A stretch of 64,000 bases of DNA from Laetmonice hystrix (taxonomy: Eukaryota), in assembly GCA_965235115.1 (NCBI GenBank), contig OZ249443.1, positions 10,850,001 through 10,914,000 on the forward strand, written 5' to 3'. A program made the translations under genes and the position numbers. Shown piece by piece: positions 49,701 through 64,000 of the stretch; within the stretch, counting starts at the first letter, position 1; each line of letters starts with the position of its first letter. Under the pieces are notes generated by a model. That model was not told the origin of the DNA. It did no database searches and saw only the letters and a list, made by a program, of their open reading frames with translations.

Positions 49701-52700
49701 GTACTATCACGTAGTTTCGGTAAGGGTTTGCTATGCCAGAGTGCCCAGATGTGTGGATCTGTCAATCTGTCTGTCAGTCTGTCTTATGTGTATTATGTGT
49801 ATCAATATGGAATACAGCCTTCATGAAGCTCTTTATATAGATATCCGTTTATATTAATTACCGATGTCATATACTACTATTTTATTATGTTCCTTATTTA
49901 GGATGTGCATATCGATGTGTATCAAGGTTTCGATACATTGAAGTATGATTGGAATGCACGTATTCTGGCACACCTGTGCCTACATGAATTCAATACCTCC
50001 GTATATCTAGACGACACCCAACTTTTCATATACTACTCACTGGAAGTTGTCAGTAGTATATGGAAATAGTGCGCAGTGTCAGGCTGGGGGTATTCTGTCA
50101 GACTGGTGGGTACACGGACAGTGTCCAAGCTCTGGACAGGCCGTCCCGACGGTCACACAGTCGCTGACGTCTCAGCGATGACCCTTTTGGCCTATTCCAT
50201 CCGGGGGCAATTGTCGGGTACAGAGGTCAAGCGTGATTATTGCGTGCCCTGCGAGTGTGAGAACCGGGTGCTATCAGTGACTGACCGCCCGCCCGCCGAC
50301 CGCCGAGCCGCAATGTCCTGTAAATAATACTTTCAGCTCGGGTAAGTCCGGCTGTCCAGTGACATGAAGCTTGGATTCACTGGACTATGATCATAGAGAA
50401 AGCAATGTCTGTAGTCTGTTACACATAGGGAAGCGTTTATTCCCAGCCCCATTGCAGCGCAATCTGGCTTGCCCCCCACAGTACCCGATGCCGTCACGAT
50501 AACCGGTTAATATAAATGTGCCTGGCGAAAGGATGGGAAGGGATGGCCGCTGAAGATCCCAGAGGGGGAGGTTGGCGCCGTCAGACACGGCGTTATCGGG
50601 CGGACAACGGGCGGCGGGCGGGGAGGGGGACCTGGGCCGGAGGACAGGAGTAGGGCGGCCGCCGGTCACCAGGGACACCGGCCCTCCCACCGCCCTCCCC
50701 CGGCCCCGACCGACCGCCCGCCCAGCCCGTCCATCCCGGCGACTATCACTCACCCCGGCCGCGGCCAGCGCAGACGGGCGGCAGATTTGCTCGGCCGGCG
50801 TGGATGGAAACTTTGGATCGCCGTATGTGACGTGTTATCGGGATAATTGGATCGGCGTCTTTGATTAATGACGTGAGGTTTAATGAAGACGCGTCAACTG
50901 GCTGGCGTTTCATGATACAGCACGGACAGTGATGCTGAGTGAACTCTTCTTTGTGTTCGAGAGTAGTTACCACTCGGGCGGAGATAATCTAGGACCAACC
51001 AACTCACAGTGTGTCAATGTTTCAGTGTGTTACAATGTCTCGGTCTCCTCTAAACCTGTGTGCACGGGAAAGTGTGACATGAATCTCCCTATATCTTCGC
51101 TGTAACTAAATTCTGTTTGTCTTGTTTCTTATTAGTGACAAAACGTCTTCACTATTAATACAAAACTCTGAACTATAGGCCTATATGCTTTTATAATAGC
51201 TATAATTTCATTGAAAAACTTCGATGGCATTGATATTTTGTATAAATTCATTCATTCATTCATTCATTCATAAGAGGGTTGAGGAGGATCTGTCTCTCGC
51301 TCTCGCTCTTTCTCTCTCCCTCTCTCGCAAACCTTTCGAGTGCTCAGACAGGGGTAGGCGCATTCATGTCTGAGATATAACCTTACCATGCCGTATAAAG
51401 CAGATTTAATAATGCACATGACCGTGTCCCGTGCATGATTTGGCCGGGATGACGCTCCAGATTTGGCGCTAATCGTGTCAGTGGCAAAGGTTCCTCGCCC
51501 GCCATATTGGCGGTATTTCAACCGCCAGAGGGCGCGATTTGTTGAAACAATTTGTTCCGAGCGTTTTAACCTTTGGACCGGGGGCCGTGCCCTTCTTCAG
51601 ACACGCTCCTGGTACGTTATCAGATGAGGCAGACATCTCAGCCTCGCCTCACACCTCAACTCATTTAATTTTCTCTTCCTTGGGTTTCCTCCTATCCTGA
51701 AACAACCGTGATATCTGAAACAGAGCCCGGTCGTGTATTAGGACGGAAGACGCTGAGAGCCGCCGTCGGTTTGTGAAAGACGGCAAATGTTCTCTGGACT
51801 GACTGCATGGGGTGGGAAAGCTTAGTGACCTCGCCCTGCTGCCAGCCATCGCCCCCGGCCTCCCACACCCTCCCTACCCCAACCCCAACCCCTGCCCCCT
51901 GCCCCTCGTCTAGCACTAATTCCATTACCTCGTCCCCGGGGCTCCATAAACCTCCGATAATAACCCACTCGACTTTTCAAGTAGAAAATTAATAAAAGGA
52001 CGTGGAATTGAATGGCTGCGAATGAAATATAGCAGATATTTTGATTTACGCGGAGTTAGGGGCCCGTAAATGGACGCCAAATCTGTCGGTACAAGGCGCA
52101 GTGAGCGACGCTCTATTCCTTGAGGGTCGAAGGCTAAACTGGCAGCCATGTGATTGCACGAGTGCCGTTTCGTCTCCAGTTAAGTGGAGGCGACTTTTTG
52201 CCGACCCGGGATGAGTTGAGGGACCTGGAGGCGGGGAGCCGGTAAAAGAGGCAGGTTGCCTGGAAGGGACGCGCGTGTGAGTGGGGGTCTAACTAAGAGG
52301 TCCCGGGACCATTGTGGGATTAGACGTCTTGGCAGTTTGTCTGGAGGCGAGAGAAGGGAGAATGGTCTGAGCGTCTGTTAAAGGAGATGTATAGATAGGG
52401 GCACCTTCTTCTCAAACTTTCGAATAGCAAGTGCTATATATGATGATGAAAAGAAGCTTGTTTAGTACTACATATGTTTTCTGTGGTAACGTTAGACCTT
52501 CATTTACCGCATATTTAGGGAATTTAGATAAACAATAATAGGAGAAACATGGAAACCATGTTTCCAAGTAGGGTTTGTTTAGGGGTGGTAAACATGTCAG
52601 CCGGTTGTAGCAACCAGACGTTTATCTTTATCAAAGGAACATGTACTGCATACGCCTACACAAGGAAGATACGTCCAACAAGGCGGGGCGGATTCACGCC

Positions 52701-54742
52701 ATCACGTCCATGTTCTCTTACTCATCTCCTACCACAGTTCTCACTGAATCCAACGTGAACGGAACGCTCGGTGTGCGTCCATGGTCACGTGTCACATTCT
52801 CAAACCTCTCCAAACGCTCGCTCCTATCCAAGCCGGGCGAGCGTCCGCCCATCGGATCGTCTCTCTGTTAAACTCTCTATTAAGGCGTCGGATAATCGTA
52901 TCTGGGCGGGTATGAATCATGTGAACGGGGCGGCGGCCATCGAGCCAGATTAACGCTAACCCACTTGACTCGTGACCCGTGATCGGACAGACATGGCGTC
53001 TTACCACAACTCTCGCCGACCCGAGAGGTCAAAGGTGACTGGCGAGAGCCGGGGGCGACACGGTATTATCGCCCATTATAGAGTTAGAGCCTGGCATTAC
53101 CCAGGTTGCTATTCGCCGGTGGATGATCAGCGCACCGGATCCATGGGGGTCATAGGTCACGAGACGTGCAGGGACGCGGGATCGAACGAGGCAGTCTTGT
53201 CTCGTCGGCCGCGAGAATCCCCCGCCTCACATCCGGCGAGAAGACAGTCAGTTTGTAGCCTGGTCCCCTGTCTACCAGACGCATCCGCTATGTTAGGCCA
53301 GGTGCTGGCTGTCAGAAAGCCGCGAAACGGAAGTGTTAAACTCCAAGCACTTCCGCTTCCATTCCGTTGGCCAGCGTTAACAGAGTGACTTCTGCTTGGA
53401 GCGTGGCCGGGAGTGGCCAACATGCCCATGCGTATGCAGACGCTATGTTTACATCCAGAAAAGCGAGAACATTCACACTTGTATTTTAAAGGGATTGACG
53501 AAAATATCTGTATCTTGTTGGAGAAATACGGAGGGCACGGAACTACCGCGTTTGCGGCTATATATTCGATGGGCCAATCATCATGCTCGCTTCGATTAGC
53601 CTTCACCAGGCTCTATATATACGTAGTCAATATAGGCCTGAGTACCAGGCTAGTGTAGGCAACCGGAGTACCTGACATCCTCCGACCTGCAGCAGTTAAC
53701 TGAAAATATTTTCACCCAAGATATGATAAGGGCATTCTAAGGGGTGAAAGGCCCTGGAATCATCTGCCAAAAGTCTGAGATAACTTGACCAGTGCAACTC
53801 CCTTCTCATACGGAGTGTGCACCGATAGTCCCCGTCATACGCGAACTGTTGCTGTTTTAACCCCCGTGTGTTGGGGTGACCCCCAGTAAGCACCCAGTGA
53901 ACACCCAGTAAACACCCAGTCCACCGAGTTCATCGATCCTCCACACATGCAGCCGGACAAAATCAACCAGTCCCTCACGTCTGTCCTGATCGTGGTCAAG
54001 GAACGGTCGAGGAGATTGACACCAGTCAATACCCGAGGATCTATCGTCATGCCCGGGTATGGGTCACAAACACACCCAGCCAGTCGAGCGTGACGACCAC
54101 CACACTCCTGTGATCCTCATGGATTTCTACCCGCTCCAAACTCTACCGTCCCGATCAGTGGGCACGACAGTATCGGCGCGGCAAACAGAGCCGGGTTTTA
54201 TAATCCGATTAAATCAGCCGAGAACGGCTTAATCCATGCTTACCCCATGCACCTGGGGAGCGGAGGAGGTGGGGGTGGGGTGTTGTGGGTAAATAGGAAC
54301 CGTTAGGGTGGGGGTTACCCGAATATTTGATGGTTTGTTGGAATACACGTGAAAGATTTATTGGCCTGTATACATGTGTACTTGGAGTTGGTAATGAGCA
54401 TACTGATCATAAATGTCATCAGTAGGTTATCCCTTATGGTAGCCCTCAAAATAGGGGGGGGGGGGGGTGGGTGTGGGTGTGGGTGGGTGTGGATGGGTGG
54501 ATGGGTAGATGGGTGTGGATGGGTGGAGGGGTTAAGTTTAGGGTTCAGCTTCCCACTAAGTTTATTGGGGATGATGTCATGAAGTAACTCTAAAGGTTGC
54601 ATGAAACCGTATGTACAGTATGCAGAATGAATGCGGCCTTAGGCATTTATTTATTGGGAGAACATACACTCCTGAATACGATGGAAATTATTAACGGAAC
54701 GTACAGACCGCAACACCGGGCGGGGCTGAGTGTGACCCCGGT

Positions 54743-55459
54743 NNNNNNNNNNNNNNNNNNNNNNNNNNNNNNNNNNNNNNNNNNNNNNNNNNNNNNNNNN
54801 NNNNNNNNNNNNNNNNNNNNNNNNNNNNNNNNNNNNNNNNNNNNNNNNNNNNNNNNNNNNNNNNNNNNNNNNNNNNNNNNNNNNNNNNNNNNNNNNNNNN
54901 NNNNNNNNNNNNNNNNNNNNNNNNNNNNNNNNNNNNNNNNNNNNNNNNNNNNNNNNNNNNNNNNNNNNNNNNNNNNNNNNNNNNNNNNNNNNNNNNNNNN
55001 NNNNNNNNNNNNNNNNNNNNNNNNNNNNNNNNNNNNNNNNNNNNNNNNNNNNNNNNNNNNNNNNNNNNNNNNNNNNNNNNNNNNNNNNNNNNNNNNNNNN
55101 NNNNNNNNNNNNNNNNNNNNNNNNNNNNNNNNNNNNNNNNNNNNNNNNNNNNNNNNNNNNNNNNNNNNNNNNNNNNNNNNNNNNNNNNNNNNNNNNNNNN
55201 NNNNNNNNNNNNNNNNNNNNNNNNNNNNNNNNNNNNNNNNNNNNNNNNNNNNNNNNNNNNNNNNNNNNNNNNNNNNNNNNNNNNNNNNNNNNNNNNNNNN
55301 NNNNNNNNNNNNNNNNNNNNNNNNNNNNNNNNNNNNNNNNNNNNNNNNNNNNNNNNNNNNNNNNNNNNNNNNNNNNNNNNNNNNNNNNNNNNNNNNNNNN
55401 NNNNNNNNNNNNNNNNNNNNNNNNNNNNNNNNNNNNNNNNNNNNNNNNNNNNNNNNNNN
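54743..55459. other. Assembly gap (N run)
   Basis: 717 N. Confidence 1.
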
Positions 55460-55720
55460 TGGCCGGGGTATGGTCCGCCCCCCCTCGGGTTTTGCCCCAC
55501 ATTTTTCATGCCGTGCATGGTGGGACCGGTTGCGTGATTCGCACCCTTAGCCGTGGTCAGTGTGGTGATCACAGAGGAGGGCGTTCTAACCTGGCGCCCT
55601 GTCCGTGCCAGGTTGACCACACCAAAGGAAGCCGACAGTCCGGAGACTGTCCGGCTGTCAGGTCGACAGTACGGACTCGATGGCAATCCGTCACGTACTG
55701 CCCTCTGGTCAGCCCTATAC

Positions 55721-57125
55721 CCCCTGACACACTCTGTGGGAGCTCTCCCCTTCCCCCTCCCCCTGACACACTCTCTGGGAGCTATCCCCTTCCCCCTCCC
55801 CCTCTCCTCCCCCGACACAGTCTCTGGGAGCTCTCCCCTTCACCATCCCCCGACACACTCTCTGGGAGCTCTCCCCTTCCCCCTCCCCCTGACACACTCT
55901 CTGGGAGCTCTCCCCCTCCCCTCCCCCGACACACTCTCTGGGAGCTCTCCCCCTCCCCTCCCCCGATACACTCTCTGGGAGCTCTCCCCTCCCCCCTCCC
56001 CCTCTCCTCCCCCGATACACTCTCTGGGAGCTCTCCCCTTCCCCCTCCCCCTCTCCTCCCCCGATACACTCTCTGGGAGCTCTCCCCTCCCCCTCCCCCT
56101 CTCCTCCCCCGATACACTCTCTGGGAGCTCTCCCCTTCCCCTCCCCCTCTCCTCCCCCGACACAGTCTCTGGGAGCTCTCCCCTTCCCCCTCCCCCTCTC
56201 CTCCCCCGACACACTCTCTGGGAGCTCCCCCCTTCCCCCTCCCCCTCTCCTCCCCCGACACAGTCTCTGGGAGCTCTCCCCTCTCCTTCCCCTCTCCTCC
56301 CCGACACAGTCTCTGGGAGCTCTCCCCTCCCCCCTCCCCCTCTCCTCCCCCGACACAGTCTCTGGGAGCTCTCCCCTTCCCCCTCCCCCTCTCCTCCCCC
56401 GACACAGTCTCTGGGAGCTCTCCCCTCCCCCTCCCCCTCTCCTCCCCCGATACACTCTCTGGGAGCTCTCCCCTTCCCCTCCCCCTCTCCTCCCCCGACA
56501 CAGTCTCTGGGAGCTCTCCCCTTCCCCCTCCCCCTCTCCTCCCCCGACACACTCTCTGGGAGCTCTCCCCTTCCCCCTCCCCCTCTCCTCCCCCGACACA
56601 GTCTCTGGGAGCTCTCCCCTCTCCTTCCCCCTCTCCTCCCCGACACAGTCTCTGGGAGCTCTCCCCTCCCCCCTCCCCCTCTCCTCCCCCGACACAGTCT
56701 CTGGGAGCTCTCCCCTTCCCCCTCCCCCTCTCCTCCCCCGACACAGTCTCTGGGAGCTCTCCCCTTCCCCCTCCCCCTCTCCGCCCCCGACACAGTCTCT
56801 GGGAGCTCTCCCCTCTCCTTCCCCCTCTCCTCCCCGACACAGTCTCTGGGAGCTCTCCCCTCCCCCTCCCCCTCTCCTCCCCCGACACAGTCTCTGGGAG
56901 CTCTCCCCTTCCCCCTCCCCCTCTCCTCCCCCGACAGACTCTCTGGGAGCTCTCCCCTTCCCCCTCCCCCTCTCCTCCCCCGACACAGTCTCTGGGAGCT
57001 CTCCCCTTCACCATCCCCCGACACACTCTCTGGGAGATGACCCCTCTCCCCTCTCCTTCCCCCTCCCCCTCCCCCGACACACTCTCTGGGAGCTCTCCCC
57101 CTCCCCCTCCCCCTCCCCCTCCCCC
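55721..57125. repeat. Pyrimidine-rich minisatellite of about 49 bp, about 29 copies
   Basis: Unit cccccgacacagtctctgggagctctccccttccccctccccctctcct, with variable C tracts. Confidence 0.95.
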
Positions 57126-57336
57126 TCTGACCCTCTGTATTATAAAGTTACGGCAGAACTTATACCGATGACCTTCTCATACACTGACCATTGCCTCACA
57201 ACTTCGACCTTATCTTGTGTTCCCGGTTTTCAAGAACCCACTAGCCCAGAGATAAGGTAGATTATGAGGATGGTTTTACACTATAATACAAAGTATAAGA
57301 CCTCGTGGCAAAGAGTAAGACCCATGGAATATTCAG

Positions 57337-60300
57337 AGAGAAAGACCCCTGTGAGAGACATGCAGACAGAGTCCTCTGTATCAGGGGATATGGTCTATGA
57401 CTAACACAGACTCATGTATAAAGAGTTAGGCCCATGTGCAGGGAATATATCAGATCTGTGTACAGACTTTGTATACAGGGGATACGGCCCATGACTAACA
57501 CAGACTCATGTATAAAGAGTTAGGCCCATGTGCAGGGAATATATCAGATCTATGTACAGACTCTGTATCAGGGGATACGGTCTATGACTAACACAGACTC
57601 ATGTATAAAGAGTTAGGCCCATGTGCAGGGAATATATCAGATGGGTCATATCGCCACAGAATGCACAAATGGGTGAAATCCTTACCCTCACTCGTTATAC
57701 AGCTCATAGGTCTGTTATTTTTACTGAGATCTTTTGCCCAAATGCATAACATAGAAGAGAACAGATACACCTTTAAGAAAATGTATACTTTGCTTTATCT
57801 CATTTGCATTTTGCCCAAGCTGTAGATTTTTGAAATTAAAAAATTATTTAAATTTAAATTTATGTCATGAAATATATGTCAATAATCACTTTGGATTGCA
57901 GCATAAAGAATGCCTGATATAAATCTTTCTTGATGTCATGGTATGTAATAAGTTAATCAATGTAAATAAAAAATACTGACGCATCTATTCTGATTCGTTC
58001 ATTATAGAAATGCATTAAACAGTTTTTCATTAAATTATTGTGACGTGCATAATAAAATAATGGTTTGATTATACCAGACAAATATAACACAGCAAAAAGG
58101 CTATTGATGAGGGGAATATGCAGTGCATATTTAGATGGCTCACGTCCCACAAAAATTTTCCGAAAATTCCTAAAACCCGTTTAGTTGTGATTCCGCAAAG
58201 TTTCGCTTAGTGTGTTTATACTGGGAGCAGCTTATGTACGTCATGACCAGTGGTTCCTTCATATTTCTCCATGCTGTCAATATTCAATAGCTTTTGAGAA
58301 TTTTGGAACATGGTATGCCTGATCCTATTCCTATGCTATGATCCTGTGGTGAAAGATCCGAAAATATCACTGATCAGTCGTGTTGGGGGTCAAATCGTGG
58401 GAAATCATGATATGCATAAGGGGCATGACGTGCATAAGGTTAAAAATAGTGTTTTGCCCTTTTCAACGCGAGGACGTAGCCACACAGTGCTGCCATCTGC
58501 AGGAACTTTTGTGAGCATCTTGACGGCAAGATCAATGAAGTTCTTGTCCTTTTTTTTCACCAGCTGTACTCACATCGGGCTTAAACTGTAAATCCTACCC
58601 AAGCCAAATTGTGAAGTAGTGTACTTCAAACCCCTGTGATGTAATTGTAGCATTCAACTAATCGTATTTAGTGTGTTCTGATTAAGAATAGGGAATTCCT
58701 CACTATTTCAGCATAAAACATGGGCGATAAACGGTTGGGTTCCAGTGCAAAATCTGCTGTGTATTTTTGACCTGGGGTATGGACTGTGATGGTGTGATGT
58801 GCATAAGGACAATTTCTTGCACCAGGAAGACAGGCCTCTATAGTTATTTTATTGATGCAGACAGGTTTTTTCTTTGTTTCCATTCTCTAGAGGTGTTATG
58901 GTTTAATGTAAACAACGATTGCTGTATGTCTGTGCATATATGTTGATGGGTTTGGCCAACTTTCTGATTATGCACGTCACGCACCATGGTAAATGGTGGG
59001 AAAACAGCTCCCAACCATGTAATTTCAGTGCCCTAAACATGTATGTTTCATTTTAATGGCTGCCCCTTACCTTCTAATGTTGTATTAGGCCCTATACCTA
59101 AACATAATGAGCGTGAATCATGTACCTGTGAGCAAAAACAATATCAAGCCGTGACGTTCGTAAGAATCTTATGCACATCACACATTTTATTTACAAGCTC
59201 CACTGAGCCTAACATTTTTATTGTACTCTTAGAACATAGATATATTTTGGGTAGCCTTCTGTCTGACCTGTAAAACAAACCATGTAATCATCCCTAACTG
59301 TATGTTTCAAGTGTGTCATATTCGATTTCGATCCTTATGCATGTCACGCAGCTGCAGACAAAACATGTTAAAATTAAAAATATAGTATTGAGCTGCCTAA
59401 AATTCTGTATTTATATACGCCATATATAAATTTATCCCATCGGAGGAAAATTTTTGCACAAATTACAAAAAAAATTCTGGCCGATTTTTCCCAGCCTATT
59501 TTTGCTTGTTTTTTGGGGCTGTTTACATGATGTATAGAAACCACACCGCTAGGATTTTGTTAGTATAATTAGTATATCCTGATAGCGTAGATCATAGGCT
59601 TTCAAACCATACCAGACAATAAGGAATTGGGCCAATTTGAAAATTTGGTCTTTTTGAGGGGTCCTTGGAGGCCATTTGTGCATTCTGTGGCGATATGACC
59701 CATATACAGAGGAAGACGCTGAGCTCTCGACATGTAATAGGACGTGTATACAGATAATACCACACCTGTACAGGGACTAAAGTCATCTCGCAGACCACAC
59801 AAAGTCAGAGAGAAAGACCCCTGTGAGAGGCAGAGACAGAGTCCTCTGTATACAGGGGATACGGTCTATGAATAACACAGACTCATGTATAAAGAGTTAG
59901 GCCTATGTGCAGGGAATATATCAGATCTGTGTACAGACTTTGTATACAGGGGATACGGTCCATGACTAACACAGACTCATGTATAAAGAGTTAGGCCCAT
60001 GTGCAGGGAATATATCAGATACAGAGGAAGACACTGAGCTCTCGACATGTAATAGGACGTGTATACAGATCATACCACACCTGTACAGGGACTAAAGACA
60101 TCTCTCAGACCACACAAAGTCAGAGAGAAAGACCCATGTCAGAGACAGACAGAGTCCTCTGTATACAGGGGATACGGTCCATGACTAACACAGACTCATG
60201 TATAAAGAGTTAGGCCCATGTGCAGGGAATATATCAGATACAGAGGAAGACGCTGAGCTCTCGACATGTAATAGGACGTGTATACAGATAATACCACACC

Positions 60301-60350
60301 TGTACAGGGACTAAAGACATCTCTCAGACCACACAGACAGAGACCCGCAT
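57337..60350. repeat. Composite satellite (about 94 bp unit A, about 125 bp unit B) in two blocks, 57337-57642 and 59702-60350, split by a TIR element
   Basis: gactaacacagactcatgtataaagagttaggcccatgtgcaggg recurs at 57399, 57493, 57586, ~59870, 59964 and 60183 (spacings of 93-94 and 219). Confidence 0.9.
57643..59701. mobile_element. Non-autonomous DNA transposon, 2059 bp, with perfect 30 bp TIRs
   Basis: gggtcatatcgccacagaatgcacaaatgg (57643-57672) and its reverse complement (59672-59701); AT on both flanks; AT-rich interior with no transposase ORF. Confidence 0.88.
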
Positions 60351-63300
60351 AAAGAGACTCCTGTAACAAGAATGTATGACCACACTACAAGCTCAATCAA
60401 ATTTGGGGGTTGATATCTGTTGTTATTATTTTGTACGTTATATTTATCTGCGTTTGATAATACTCACCATTTTAACAGTTAATACTCCATGGTATTTATT
60501 TTCTTTTTTATCAAGTCTCATACTAAAGAAACCCTTTCCTAAGTTTGAAGACAAATGCTACCAAGGAAGATGAACAGCACAAACATATTTAGAGCGCTAC
60601 CACGGTCTCCTGACAGATGTACGTGCTCATCGTGCTCGATTCCAGACATGTGCTGTCCAATGGGACGTTCCGTTCCAGCTCGTCATACAATCCTTATTTT
60701 TACCCCACTGACAGATAGACACTAGGCGAGCTAGTCCCTACTGTGGCCGAGACGTTGTAAACCAATAATTGTTATTGTCTTATCTTATTATCTCTCACGT
60801 GTCACATATGGCCCCTCATGTGTTTCCCAAGATAACATTTTCCTAATTCAGTAGCCGCTTCTTATCCAAGGAAGGGCCAAAGGGTCACAAAACCTGTTTT
60901 GTCTCAGAGAGAAAATTCAAATCAAATTTCGCCTAACCAGATTTACGGCCAGGGCCGGGCGACACGCTTGGTAGACCAGGAGGGTGTTATTGGAATGCAT
61001 ACGGCTAGTTCTTGGATAACGTAACCGTCAGGGGTAGTTATTGGACGGGAAGTCCGGCAAATGGAATCTGACATGTTGGTTTGAGGAGGGCACTGAGGGG
61101 TCATCGTGGACCGGTGCTGGGGTCCCTGGCAACTCGGACGTGATCTATAGACTGCCGCGTCTCACCCCCTCGTCCCCATCTTCACAACGTCAGCGAGTCC
61201 ATAACCACCCCTATATACTGCTTAGAACTCCCTCTCAGAACGCTCTACCCCAGTCCTTTTGAAAATACGCACGACTTTGTTTTTCCTTAGTGTCAATTAT
61301 TTCCGACAGGGCCGGTGTGCTTTGAATATTCGCCGTTGATAAAACCGTGCGGCTGTGTTGCTGTGGGCGACCCCTGTGGGTTACCGCGTCCCGGTAAGTC
61401 GGCGATTATACATGAAACATCGCCACTCAGGGACCTGGGGGTGGGGGGTGGGGGTACAGGAGGCCCTGTGCCCCGGGGGCTGGGCGTCCGCTGACCGGCC
61501 CTCCCCGCCGGCCTCTGTGGCCGTCAGTCTCCAGACACAGTTCACATCAAGACACACTCCTCCCGACCACAGTAAATGATGACTTTTTTGGAAGTGATAG
61601 TGACAGTAGGCAATCATCAGAACGGCATGCCGAACCTGAACCGGAAGGGGAAAGAGAGGGTGTTTCAGGAGATATGCTCCCCACGTCCAAATAGGCATGT
61701 ACGGGTGGGACTAACTACTATAATTATAGCCGTTCAATTACTAACGAAAACATTTAAAACACCATAAAAATATCGAAGTCTATACTCGACAGTGCCATAA
61801 GATACATCACCATGCAGCTTTAAGAATCATGTTCCCAGTGACTCACCCCAACTTACCTCAGATTCCTATAACCTTTGCTCTGAATGGTACACAGGCCGTT
61901 TGAACCTCCCTCGCACTAGCTCCATTACCAACTTTGGGGGTCGAAAATGACATATAGTAGGGTCCGATCTAAAATAACTTTGGGGCTATTTTCTTTATTC
62001 GCCCCACAAAATTGAACATCACTGTAAAGAAAGTGTTTCAGTGATAGTGTTTCAGAACGCATAGCTACCAACGTAAAAACTTATAAATTGGGTCTTTCAC
62101 TTTTGTCAGTTACCCAGTTTGGCGATGATATGAACAGACGTACAATCAATTATATGCGATAAAAGATATAGGCCTATCCTGAATGTGACAATGGCCAATA
62201 TGAGTAAAGCCGAGTTTTGACCCAACATGATTGTATGACTGAAGTAAAGTTTAGGAATAGCAGCGGCAGCGACAGGCCGTCTTTAGGCCTGCCTTGATGT
62301 TGGCTGACACCATTGTGATATTCAAGTAGCCGTGTATTGTGTGGTCAAACCGCCCCTTTACCCGAGATGTATACATCACGACAGACATTCCTGACCGCGC
62401 CTTCACTGAAATCATCCCGGGAAACAATCCCAGACGCCGCGGATTATAGAGAATAAGTGTTGCGTTCTTAATCCGCGTGTGAGCGTTCCATATGACCAGG
62501 TGGATGATGTCGTGGGAGGGGGTAGAGAGAAGGGGTGGGGGGGGGGGGGGGTATAGGGGTGAACGGTCATCTCAAAGTCAGAGGACCGCATGGTTTAATG
62601 GTTGTGTCCAGTAGGTCCGGACAAAAAGCGCGGCCCAAGCCCTATGTACACAACGACCTCTTGTGTCGTGCAGTAAGCACAGGGGATCACGACTCTGTGC
62701 TTAAATACAATGGGATCATCCCTCGCGGTGCCAAAAGGCTCCCACGCCTGACTGGACCCCCTTCCAGGTAAATTGGTAAGAGACCCCGCTCACACGCCGC
62801 CTCACCTCAAGGACAGCGTCTCCCTGTCATTTCTACTCAACATCAAAGGACACGGAAGATGTCAGCGCTCACATTATAAACCCGGCTGAGAACAACGGTG
62901 GGGGTTCTCATTGTTGGCCGATCAGTTCCGTTGCGTGTTATGTTGAAGCAGTGTCATCTGCAGTGTACATCTCTCTCATGTGTAAATACAAGAGAAATGT
63001 GCCAACTGGATGCATTTACTGTACACTGGGGTAGGCATACACCGAAAAGAACAAATAAAATAGCTGTTTCCCACTTTGATATTAATGTCAGCGGAGGTAA
63101 AGTTTTCAGGCTGTTGAAATTGTAAGCCACAAACAAAATGTAATCTACCATGATCATCCTGATTTGTTTCAGTCGTGTGCTGTCAAATGTTAAAAATCAC
63201 ACATTGGGGAGCACTGTAATTAAAGGGGACACTGCACAGTGCTCTTCGCCTTTGATGTTCGCATTCAGCGAGTAAAATATATGGAAGAAAACTTGCAGAA

Positions 63301-64000
63301 ATCTGACACTGATATAAGATTCGTATCTTTTCAATCATGCTCATATATTATGCCAGGTTAGATGGAATTGATTTAAATTCAGCTTTTTTACAGTCAGTGG
63401 CAAAGTTTAGGTGGCAAAGGATTCACCAGTTGTTAACGGTTTCCTTAACGTCCTGTCCTTTAAAACAAATAAAGGAAATAGAAGTTTATAAGTTTCTATT
63501 TGTAATATGGTCCAGTCTGTCAAGGTGTGGCGGTCGTGGTATTGTTAAACTCGAGTTTAAGGGCCTGCCACTCCCTCAACTGACCATCTCAATCAATCAT
63601 ACAACGCCACCTGTGACGTCATAATGACAAAGGCAACGCTTCCTCACAGGAAACTAGTTACGTCATAACGTTTGTCCTAGTTTATATAAAGACCATACGA
63701 GCCGCTTTATCAAGTAGAACTCTGTGAATTACGCCGACTGGCAATGTTAATCAGATGAACCACTTCAAGTGTCAGAATGTTAATAAAATTCAGAAATCAT
63801 TCATGTTTAGTCTTAGCCTGAGGCTGAGAGGACATACTCAGGGTGTCAGTATTAGTGAAATATTTCAAAACCTTTAATTTTGACGGCCCAGAGCCTTGTG
63901 GTGAGCTGATATTGGAGTGTATTTTAGAGTAAATTATGGAGCAAACATGAAAAGGGAAGTGAGGAAGGTGAACGTTTTACGTATTGAGTATAGATGTGAC

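Noticed and set aside
53256-53653. 9 bp inverted ends tagcctggt/accaggcta as a possible MITE
   Set aside because: Too short to distinguish from chance, and no TSD.
54597-55818. ORFs spanning N runs (also at 19.2 kb and 29.3 kb)
   Set aside because: They are open only because N codons cannot be stops.
55492-57171. Long ORFs of 394-559 aa on both strands
   Set aside because: They are by-products of the stop-poor ~49 bp repeat; several frames on both strands are open at once.
63209-63470. TTAAAGGGGACAC as a Kolobok-like terminus, with a 9 bp hairpin
   Set aside because: No matching opposite terminus was found.

Overview
Animal genomic scaffold with three N gaps; the repeat types suggest a marine invertebrate (inference). 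One well-supported gene: a minus-strand Gfi1/Senseless-family transcription factor in four phase-compatible coding exons (30453-30279, 27504-27184, 23758-23204, 6694-6126; 1620 nt, 539 aa). It has an N-terminal SNAG motif, six C2H2 fingers and an unusual tail of about 133 aa after finger 6. Its 16.5 kb third intron holds a 5'-truncated, stop-free CR1/L2-type LINE whose poly(A) ends 41 nt from the splice acceptor, two minisatellites, a short poly(A) retroposed insert and a SINE remnant. Downstream of the gene lies a DINE-1/HINE-like element. The 33 kb upstream has no recognisable coding gene. It contains CpG-rich patches, tandem arrays, an ~80 bp inverted-repeat pair, a Gfi1-consensus site cluster, and a 2059 bp element with perfect 30 bp TIRs that splits a satellite. 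No CRISPR array, rRNA or tRNA was seen, and most ORF-track entries are spurious. I found no clearly new multi-gene system; the best leads are listed as findings.
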